64,000 nt of DNA, from the NCBI RefSeq assembly GCF_009914755.1, contig NC_060929.1. One strand, 5' to 3'. The DNA comes from the human T2T-CHM13v2.0 reference genome, Homo sapiens. Position numbers and translations under genes: made by a program. The notes beneath the pieces are model-generated. The model was not told the DNA's origin and did no database searches. It was given only the letters and a program-made list of their open reading frames with translations. This document shows positions 12,986-23,395 of this stretch, piece by piece; the stretch's first letter is position 1, and every line of letters starts with the position of its first letter.

Positions 12986-14884
12986 ATACCTCATACTTTT
13001 ATTCGGAAGGTCATAAAACATGCAGATATATTCTTTTTCAGTGATTTAAAATAATCTAATATTTTAAGAGGCACAACAGTTAAAATGCATACTTTAGAGA
13101 ATTAACATTAAAGTCTTAAATATTAATAATCAAGTTTTAGTTATGTAAAACTGATTCTTCTTTGTATTTTCATGGTTAATATTAATTTGAGTGAAGTACA
13201 CTTTGAGAAATAGTAGGTATTTTGAGTTGAAAAGAGGCAAAGAGTTAATTTACTATTGAATATTTTTAAATTTTTTTTTGATTTTTCTTTAGAATGTTTT
13301 TTTCCTCTGTATAATCTTACTAAAACTCCAAAATAAAATTTTCCCAAGCTGAGCGGATCTGGTTAGTGAGATGAAAGAGAAGCATATTAAGGTCCCACTA
13401 AAAAAATAGAGATTTGCCAAAAAGGGCTGAAAAAACTCTATATTAGTCTTATCAGTCCATATTTGGATGAGAAAAGTAAATCTAGCTAAGTTATTCAAGT
13501 TTGCAGGATTATATTTCTGTCCAGGACTCCATATAAAACTATTTCTGTCTAGGACTCTATAAAACTTCCTACAATGGCAGGTAATAACTTTTATTCATAA
13601 TGTTGACAAGATCATTTCTGTGGCAAGATTTGTCATTTATATTTGCATAGTATGTAATTTATATAACCTGTTATGAATTGCCAAGTTTAATTGATATACT
13701 TTTTGACATGACAAAAATAATGAAAAATGATAATAATGGACTTTTCCCCATTCTAACAGAGACTATTGGGAAGAAGGGATCAACTTGCTCAAATGTCCTA
13801 TAGTAATATTCCCACCCAGGTCAGCATGCTTTTGGTTCTGCCTAGCAGAAAGACTATGGGGAGTTCTTATGCAGGATGCACTTTATTTGTCTACATTTCT
13901 TATTGAAAAACAAACTGTAATTTATAAATTATGGAGCATGAATGATTAGAGAGTGGATACCATTCTAGTATATGATATAAATAACACAACACTGAACAGA
14001 AAAGTTCTGAAACAAAAAGATCTCTTTTTATAGGTGAACAAGGTGTCCCACATGTAGTTCTCATAAGTCACCTCATGTATTAAACCTGAAACTAAAAATT
14101 ATCTTAATGTGGGAACAAATTTATAATTTTGGAGATCTGCATTTGATGACCTTAAGAGAGTATTTCAATAACAAAATATTATTTTCCCTGAGCCTGGTAC
14201 CTTCATATATTCTTTGAATTTTTTAGTACAGTTTGGATTTTAAATGTCTGATTCATCTGAGACTGATTGTACAGTTCAACACTTTATATTTTCATGAGCA
14301 TTATAATTTGTTATAGTTTCCATTTTATCGCTTTTTAAAATTTACTGTATTAAATATGTTTTCTTATATAGAAATCAGTTTTGATAAATGAATTTTTGAC
14401 TTCATTTTTAGCTCTTTTGGAGTTCATTTTTGTAACTATCATGTTTATGCTATACAACTTAAGATAGCATATGTTGGCACACCATTATGTGCAATGATGA
14501 AATTAGTATATTATTTTGGAGTTATCTTTAGAGAGGATCAATCTCCCTTAACAGTTGGTAAGGAGCCCTTCCAAACATCTCTCCAGTAAGTTGTCTCCAG
14601 CTGAACTGCAAACACTGAATAAGATAAAAATAAAAATTCATAGTGATCACAGCAAGACTCTATCAATCATTATATCTTTCCTATGTAAGTTAAAAAAAGT
14701 CGCTGTTTTTAGATTTTGCTCAGTGTTTTCTTAATCAAGCTTCCATGCAATATATCACAGGCTAATTTTATACTCAAATAATATTCTTAAAGCAATTAAC
14801 TTTGAATTTTCTCCATATTTTTATGTTTTTAAATATTATGATGTAAAATTATTTGGAGGATCCAATACATATCATTAAGAATTA

Positions 14885-15320
14885 TGTTTGTCAGGCAATA
14901 ACAAAGAATGTTACCCCAACAAATAACAGCAGTTTAAAAACTTGGATTGTTATTTTCTCATAAAAATCTTGAGTTTGGCAGTCTAAGGGCTCATTATGCT
15001 GTCTCTGTTCCAAGACATTCTCAAAGATTGAAACTCTTGCTACCTTTCTGCTCAAATATATGCCTCAAAGATGGTCTCCATTCTCAAGATCAACTCGTGT
15101 TCCAGTAGGTGCTTCAGGTCTGGTCATCATAAATATATTTTGACCAGCATGGAGAATGAAATAACAAATTAAAAAAAGAAAACTATACTGCACTTTTTTC
15201 TATGGAAAATGTTAGACTCTGACACTTTACATATTTGCTTACATCTCATTGATTAACCAACAAAACATGAGCCCATGGAAATAACCTAATACAAGACAGA
15301 ACTGGAAAAATGAGGGATTA
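14885..15320 (-). mobile_element. Old MLT1 (MLT1J-like) LTR fragment
   Basis: 'aaataacagcagtttaaaaa...ttattttctcata', 'ggcagtctaagggct', 'tgcttacatctcattga'; appears to continue past the MIR to ~15650. Confidence 0.55.
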
Positions 15321-15339
15321 CACAACAGTATACCCTAGC

Positions 15340-15556
15340 AAGGATTCTGGAAACAGGCTCTATTTAAAACTTGGCTTTGCCATTACTAACTCTGAATTTT
15401 GGCAAATTGAGCTGTCCTTAACTTCCTCAACTATTAAATGGAAATATAATAATAGTCTCATCTCCTATTTTTGTGAGCATTAAATTTAGTAATATATTTA
15501 GCAGACTTAGAACAGTGGTTATACACTATGAAATCTTTAGCAATACTATTATTATT
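15340..15556 (+). mobile_element. MIR
   Basis: 'ttggctttgccattactaactctg', 'ttcctcaactattaaatgg..ataataatagt', 'ttgtgagcattaaat', 'cttagaacagtg', tattattatta tail. Confidence 0.75.
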
Positions 15557-15759
15557 ACTTATTCTGGAAAACTAAGTGATAGCTACAAGTTGGGGATCCC
15601 ATTAAAATGAAGAAGGGGAAATGGAATTAGGAAACTAATTGGTATTCTCTTCACCCAGGGTATGATAAAATTATAAAAGAAAAGTAATCTGTAACATTTA
15701 TAGCAGTGTTTTCATTTATATCAAAATGAAGTTTGACAAAATATACAATTTCACAGATA

Positions 15760-18700
15760 TTAAACCTGTTTCTGAATGACTTTTAGAAAAAGAATGAAAT
15801 TAAGGCAGAAATCAATATTTTTTGATACTAATAAAACAGATACAGCATACCAGAATCTCTGGGACACAGCTAAGGCAGGGTTAAGGAGAACGTTTATAGG
15901 GCTAAACACCTATATCAAGAAGTGATATAGGTCAAGTGATATAGCTCAAGTGATAACTTGAGTTCTTTCTAGAGCTCAAATTAACAACATAATATCACAC
16001 TTAGAGGAACTAGAAAAATAAGAGCAAAGAACAAATCAAGCCCAAAACGAGCAGAAGAAAAATAATCAAAATCAATGCTCAGCATAAAGGACTTGACATG
16101 CAAAAATTCATACAAAAATCAACTAAAGCAAAAGTTAGTTTTTTGAAAGAATAACACTGGTAAACTGCTACTTAGACCAATAAAAAAGAGAAGGTCAAAT
16201 AAATACAATCAGATAGCACAAAGGTGACATTACCACCGACCCCACAGAAATATAAACCACCCCACTACAGACTATTACAAATGCCTGTATGCAAACAAAC
16301 TAGAAAACATAGAAGAAATGGATAAATTCTTGGAAACATACAACCTTCCAAGATTGAATCAGGAAGAAGTTGAATAATACCTGAACAGACCAGTAAGGAG
16401 TTCTGCAGTTGAATCAGTATTTAAAGACCTGCCAACGAGGAAAAGCTCTGTACCAGGTGGGTTCACAGCCTAATTTTACCAGATGCATAAAAAAGAGCTG
16501 GCACCAGTTCTACTGAAACTATTCCAGAAAAATTGAGGAGTTACTCCTCTCTAACTCATTCTGTGAGGTCAGCATCATTCTGACACCAAAATCTGGCAGA
16601 GACACAGTGAAAAAAGAAAATTTTAGGCCAATATTCCTGATGAAAACAAAAGCAAATTCCTCAACAAAATATTAGCAAACTGAATCTGGCAGCACAAAAA
16701 ACCTAATACATTATGATCATGTAGGCTTTACTCTTGGGACACAAATTTGGTTAACCGTATACAAATAAATAAATGTGATTAATCACAGAAACGGACCTAA
16801 AACCAAAACCACATGATCATCTCAACAGATGCAGAAAAGGCTTTTTATAAAATCCAACAATGCTTCATGTTATAAACCCTCAACAAGCTATATTTTAAGG
16901 GAACATACCTCAAAATAATAAGAACCATCTATGAAAAACCCACCGCCAACATTACACTAAGTGGAAAAGCTGGAATATTCCTCTTGAGAAGTAGAACAAG
17001 ACAAGGATGCCCACTCTTACCACTCCTATTCAACAGAGTACTGGAAGTCCTAGCCAGAGTAATCAAGCAAGAGAAAAAATTAAAAGGCATCCTAATACAA
17101 AGAGTGGAAGTCAAGTTATCTCTCTTTCCAGACAATATGATTCTATACCTAGAAAACCCCATAGTCTCTGCCCTCCAACATTGATAAATAACTTCAGCAA
17201 AGTCCCAGGGAAAAAAAAATCAGTGTACAAAAATCAGTAGTATTTTTATACACTAATAACATCCAAACTGAGAGCCAACTCAAGAACACAGTCTTATTCC
17301 TAATAGCCACAAAAAGAATATAATACTGAGGAATACAGATAACCAGGGAAGGAAAGATGTCTATAACAAGAATTGCAAAACACTGCTGAGAAATCAGAGA
17401 TGACACAAACAAATAGAAAAACATTCCATGTTCACTTAGAGGAAGAATCAATATTATTAAAATGGTCATAGTGCCCAAAATAATTTACAGATTTAATGCT
17501 ATCCTTCTCAAACTACCAATGACATTTTTCACAAGTTTAGATTAAAAAAACTTCTAAAATGTATACAGAATAAAAAATAAAGAGCAATAAGGGACAAGGC
17601 AATTCTAAGCAAAAAGAGCTAAGCTGGGGGCATCATGTTACCTAACTTCAAACTATACTATAAGGCTACAGTAATCAAAACAGCATGGTATTTGTACAAG
17701 AACAGACATATATACCAATGGAACAGGTAAGAGAAACCAGAAATAAAGTTGCACACCTACAACCATCTGATATTCAACAAAGTTAACAATAAAAAGCAAT
17801 GGGGAAATTACTCCCTAGTCAATAAGTGGTGCTAGGATAACCGCTATCTATATACAGAAGAATAAAACTGAGCCCCTTCCTTTCACCAAATATGAAAACT
17901 AACTTAAGATGGATTAAAGACTTAAAAGCAAAACTTAAAACTACAAAAGTCCCCAAAGAAAAGCTATTAAATACCATTCTAAACATAGGAACTGGCAAAG
18001 ATTTCATGATGAAAAGTCCAAAAGCAATTGCTAAAACAATAAAAGAGCCACCCAATTGAGAAGTGGGACTTAATTAAACTAAAGAGCTTCTGCACAGTAA
18101 AAGAAACTATGAACTGAGCAAACAGCCTACCTAAGAATGGGAGAAAATATTTGCAAAATATGCATCTGACAAAGTCTGATATACAGGATCTATAAGTAGC
18201 TTAATCAACAAGAAAACACACTACTAAAAAATGGGCAAAGGACATTAACATACACTTCAGAAAGAACATATGCATGCAGTCAAGAAGGATATAAAAAAAC
18301 TCAACATCACTAATCATCAGAGAAATGCCATCAAAATCACGATGAGATGCTTTAAAAAGTGCTAAATGAAAGTACTACCACTCAGAATGGCTATTATTAC
18401 AAACTCAAAAAAGAACAGATGCTAGTGAGGTTGCAGGGTAAAAGGAATGTATACACACTGCTAAAGGAAAATAAATTAGTTCAGCCATTGTGGAAAGCAG
18501 TTTGAAAATTTCTCAAAGAACTGAAAAACTACCATTTGACCCAGCAATACCATTACTGGGTATATACCCTAGGGATATAAATTGTCCTTCCATAAAGACA
18601 CATGCAATTGTATCTTCATTGTAGCACTTTTCACATTAGAAAAGGCCTGGAATCAACCTAGATGCCCATCAGTGGTGGACTGAATCAAGAAAATGTGGCA

Positions 18701-19088
18701 CATATACACCATGGAATACTAGGCAGCCATAAAAATACTTAAATCATGTCATTTGTAGCAACATGGAGGTAGCTGGATGGCATTTATCCTAAGCAAAGCA
18801 ACACAACAACAGAAAACCAAATACTAGAATGTTCTTCCTTTTAAGTGGGAGCTAAATATTGAGTATACATGGACACAAAGATGGGAACAACAGACATGGG
18901 GTCCTACTTGAGGGTGGAGGCTGGGAGGAGAGTGAGGATCAAAAAACTACCTATCAGGTACTATGCCTACTACCTAGGTGATGAAATCATTTGCACACTA
19001 AACTCTAGTGACATACAATTTACCCACATAACAAACCTGCACATGTATCCCCTGAACCTAAACTGAAAGCTGGAAGAGGAAAAGAAAA
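15760..19088 (+). mobile_element. 5'-truncated L1PA15/16-like LINE-1 (degenerate ORF2 plus 3' UTR)
   Basis: ORF fragment '[50 protein letters not shown]' (16984-17184) is the L1 RT core; many stops and frameshifts; 3' UTR 'gaggatcaaaaaactacctatcaggtactatgc..acaaacctgcacatgtatcccctgaacctaaa'. Confidence 0.96.
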
Positions 19089-19615
19089 TGGAGTTTGAGC
19101 TCATGTGTCTCTTTCCTTTGAATGTGCCACTCCAGTTAGAAATGAAGGTAGATTATTAAAATATTATATTAAAAATAGCTTTGGTTATAAATATAAGAGA
19201 ATTTCAGTAACGTGCTATCAATAAAATTCAAAAGAAGAATCAGTTTTTCATGTTAAAATTTTAGGTGTTTTAATTTCAAAAACTGGAAACAAGCAGATGT
19301 ATCAAAATATTTTACTTTTGAGAGGTAGGAGCAGTGGGAGTTAGAAGCAGGGCCTTGATAACCACATTCTTGTATGAAAGAAGCAGAAAGAGACAAACTC
19401 TTAAAGCTAGTCCATTAAAGTGTAGAGTCAGCATTCTTGAGAAGCCATGTTCTGAGTCAGTGATGCTGAGAAACATAAGGACACAAACCTGCTTGGTTGA
19501 TGCCATGAGCCAGCTCAGTGACTGCATCTACAATATCTTGATGGCATTACAGGAGTAGCAGCCTGTCTTTGCTAGAAGAGAATTTGGTGACGCAAAGAGA
19601 CCCAATGGCTGTGTG

Positions 19616-21988
19616 CATCTCCAACAATTGGAATTATAATTCAACATGAGATTTGAACAGGAACACAAATTTGAATCATATTATTCTGCCCCTGGCCCCT
19701 CCCAAATCTCATGTCCTTCTCACATTGCAAAATCCAATCATGCCTTCCCAATAGTCCCCGAAACTCTTAACTCATTCCAACATTAACTCAAAAGTCCAAA
19801 GTCTCATCAGAGACAAGGCTAGTCTTTTCCACCTATGAGTATGTAAAATCAAAACCAAGTTGGTTACTTCAAAGATACAATGGGGATACAGGCATTTGCT
19901 AAATACTCTCATTACAAAAGGGAGAATTTGGGCAAAATGAAAGGGCTATATGCCCCATGTAAGTCCAAAACTTAGCAGGGCAGTTGTTAGGTATTAAAGT
20001 TCCAAAAAGTATCTTTTGACTTCATGTCCTACATCCAGTGCACGTTGGTGTGAGGTGTGGGTCCCCAAGGCCTCGGGCAGCTCTGCCACTATGGCTTTGC
20101 AGAGTTCAGACCCTGAAGTGGGTTTGAAGGACTGGCATTGAGTGCCTGCAGCTTTTCCAGGCTCAGGGTCCAAGCTATCAGTGGATCTACCATTCTGGGG
20201 TGTGGAGGACAGTTCCCCTCTTCTCACAGTTCCACTAGGCAGTGCCCTAGTGGAGATGTTGTGTGGCAGCTTCAACCCCACATTTCCCCTCCATACTGTC
20301 TTAATAGCGGTTCTCCATAAGGGCTCCGCCCCTGCAGCAGGCTTCTTCTTGGACATCCAGGCTTGTCAATACATCCTCTTAAATCTAGGCAGAGGCTCCC
20401 AAGCCTTAACTCTTGCACTCTGAGCACCCACAGGCATAACACCATGTGGAAGTTGCCAAGGCTTATGGCTTGCATCCTCAGGAGCAGTGGCCCAAGATAT
20501 GTCTCTATTGATTTTATCCATGGGTGGAGTTGGACTGGCTGGGATGCAGGGAGTAGGACAGTGGGTCCCTGGGCCTGACCCATGAAACCATTCTGTCCTA
20601 CTAGGCCTTCAGATCTGTGATGGGAAGGCTGCCAGGAAGGTTTCTGAAATGCCTTCAAGGCCTTCCATTGTCCTGGCTATTAGCACCTGCCTTCCATTTA
20701 GTTATGCAACTTTCTGCAGCCTGAATGAATTCCTCCTCCAAAATGGGCTTTTCTTTTCTACCACATGGCCAGGCTGCAAACTTTATAAACTTTTACACTC
20801 TGCTTCTCTTTGAAATATAAGTTCCAATATCAGGTCATTTCTTTGTTCATGCATATGAGATAGACAGAAACAAAGTCATCTCTTGAAGACTTTGCTGCTT
20901 AAAAATTTCTTCCACCAGATACACTAAATTATCACACACAAGTTAAAAGTTGCACAGATCCCTAGGGCAGAGACACAATCCAACCAAGTTCTTCACTAAG
21001 GCATTACAAAAGTGACCTTTGCTCCAGTTCCCAATAGGTTCCTCATCTCCATCTGAGATCTCCTCAGCCTGGCCATGTCTGTCCATATCACTATTAACAT
21101 TTTGGTCACAACCATTCAACATGTCTCTAGGAAGTTCCAAAGTTTATCTCACCTTTCTGTCTTCTTCTGAGCTCTCCACACTGTTCCAAGCTTTGCCCAT
21201 TACCTAGTCCCTAAGCCACTTCCACATTATCAGATATTTTTATAGCAATGTCTCACTCCTTGGTACCAATTTTCTTTATTAGTCTGTTTTTGCACTGTTA
21301 TAAAGAAATATCTGAGACTGGCTAATTTATAAAGAAAAGATGTTTAATTGGCTCATGATTCTGCAGGCTGTACAGGAAGCATAGTGGTTTCTCCTTCCGG
21401 GGGGACCTCAGGAAATTTACAATTATGACAAAAGGCAAACAGACAACAGACATGTCTTACATAGCCAGAACAGAAGCAAGAGAAAAAAGGAGGAGGTGCC
21501 ACACACTTTTAAATTTTATTTATTTATTTATTTATTTATTTTTTGAGGCAGAGTCTCACTCTATTGCCCAGACTGGAGTGCAGTGGTGCAATCTCAGCTC
21601 ATTGCAGTCTCTGCCTCAGCTTCCCAAGTAGTTGAGATTAGAGGCACTCACCACCACGCCTGGCTGATTTTTGTATTTTTAGTAGAGATTGGGTTTCACC
21701 ATGTTGACCAGGCTGGTCTTGAACTGTTGACTTCAGGTGATCCACCCACCTCGGCCTCCCAAAGTGTTGGGATTACAGATGTGAGCCACTATGACCGGTC
21801 GAGGTGCCACACACTTTTAAATAACCAGATCTCAAAAGTACTCACTCACTATCACAAGACCAGCATGAAGGAGAAAATCTGCCCTGATGATCCAATCACT
21901 TCCCCTCAGGACCCATCTCTAACACTGGGGATTACAAGTCAACATGAGTAATCCCCATGTTGGGGGGACACAGATCCAAACCATATCA
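19616..21988 (-). mobile_element. MSTA-type MaLR provirus: 5' LTR 21275-21988, internal 19684-21274, 3' LTR remnant 19616-19683
   Basis: LTR terminus 'gacacagatccaaaccatatca'; internal region bounded by 'ggtaccaattttc' and 'ttctgcccctggcccctcccaaatctcatgtcct'; the ORFs at 19994-21207 are typical MaLR-internal translations. Confidence 0.93.
21514..21800 (-). mobile_element. AluSx-like insertion in the MSTA 5' LTR
   Basis: (TTTA)n tail; 21-bp TSD gaggtgccacacacttttaaa at 21493-21513 and 21801-21821; ~26-nt internal deletion between ctgcctc-like microhomologies. Confidence 0.95.
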
Positions 21989-22644
21989 GTGTCCTAAAGT
22001 GGATTGGAAAAAGTTTCAGAAAACCCAGTGATGGCGATCAATGATCTATCTTATAGTGAGCCTTGACGTGTGACAGGCTTTTTACAAAAATCCTTGTAGT
22101 ATATAACAGGATGATACTACCATGAGAATAAATTTAGTAAAACATAGTATTATTGATATATAAGATACACCATTTAATATTAAAATTGTGATTTCTTATA
22201 TTTTGTACAACATTATCAATGTTTTAATCCTCATTAATTAGTATATTTAAATTTAGTACTAATGCAATGTTTCTGCATGTTTTAGTGGTTTATCTTAATA
22301 ATAGTTTTATACACGATGAAACATCAATTGTGACATACTACCTATGTTAGAAGTCTTAGATAGGAGGTAGTTCTCTGAAAGTGTTCTTTAAAATGTTAGT
22401 AAACTTCCTAGAAAATCAAGAATTTTTTTTTTGTAATTTCCTTTAACCAGTGAAAAGGCGATTTTGGCCTTGTTTACAAAATGCGTAAAACAGATTTCAT
22501 ACGTTATAACTTATATTTGGATTGATTCAGTTTCCTCACTTTTCTTTCAATTTATTTTTAATCAGTTTATATTTATTTTCAGATAGAAGAACAATCTCAC
22601 TGAGCATTAGTTTAATAACCTATTAATTACCTTATTAAAATACT

Positions 22645-22759
22645 TGTATCCGTAGTCCCAGCTACTCAAAAGGCTGAGGCAGGGGGTTTAGTTGAGCCCA
22701 GGAATTTGAGGCCAATGTGGAAAATGTAGCAAGATTCTATCACTAAAAATAAATAAATA
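22645..22759 (+). mobile_element. Alu monomer (FLAM/FAM-like)
   Basis: 'gtagtcccagctactc..aggctgaggcagg....ttgagcccaggaatttgaggcc....gtagcaagat' plus A-rich tail. Confidence 0.8.
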
Positions 22760-22981
22760 CACAAGTAAATTTCATCGTAACAATTCTTCTGCCATTTATG
22801 TAGCTTGCCTTTAGAGTCTTTCAATGTTCTTCTCTGAAATGTATTTCTATGTGCTTGACTATATCTTCCCGTAATAATGTCAACTTCTGATATGGCACAG
22901 ATTAGATAGGCTTTGCGAAAAAGGCTGGAATAGTAAAGTTTATTTACTTTTTTGTGTGTAGATTTGTGTTATCCATCTCTT

Positions 22982-23030
22982 TTTAAATTTTATTTAACTT
23001 TTATTTTAGGTTGAAGGGTACATGTGCAGG
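22982..23030 (-). mobile_element. ~50-bp L1P 3'-terminal insertion
   Basis: 'aacttttattttaggttgaagggtacatgtgcagg' flanked by direct repeat catctctt (22974-22981 / 23031-23038). Confidence 0.75.
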
Positions 23031-23370
23031 CATCTCTTGGTGCATTTACAGCTGTGCCATTTTAAAGATGCCATTCCTTAGTGCAGCTACATAATTCATA
23101 TGGACAAAAAGATGTGATTTTTAGAGGAAGAGTGCTTGCACTCCTTATTTTTTCCTGTCTTTTCAAAAAAAAGACCAGATGTCCCAGAGCAAAACACACT
23201 AGGGAATTATTTTTTACCCTCTGCTAGCATGGAAATATTTAGTGCTAGAGTCAAGAGAACTGACAGTTATTTTATAATTTGCAAGAGGAGCAAAGAGCAT
23301 ACTTCAAGTAGAAAATATATATGACACACATAAATAATGAATTCCCTTTATGCATTTTTTCTTTTATTAG

Positions 23371-23395
23371 GTTCTTAGCTTCGACCAAGTAGCAG
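23371..23395 (+). other. Candidate 25-nt microexon (unverified)
   Basis: Acceptor 'tgcattttttcttttattag|G' and consensus donor 'CAG|gtgagt'. Confidence 0.35.

Noticed and set aside
16929-18055. Reverse-transcriptase-like peptide
   Set aside because: It is a fragment of a dead L1 ORF2 with many stops and a degenerate catalytic motif (FPDN in place of FADD); not a novel RT system.
19994-21207. ORFs of 60-128 aa on both strands
   Set aside because: They are translations of decayed MST internal sequence; no intact retroviral gene.
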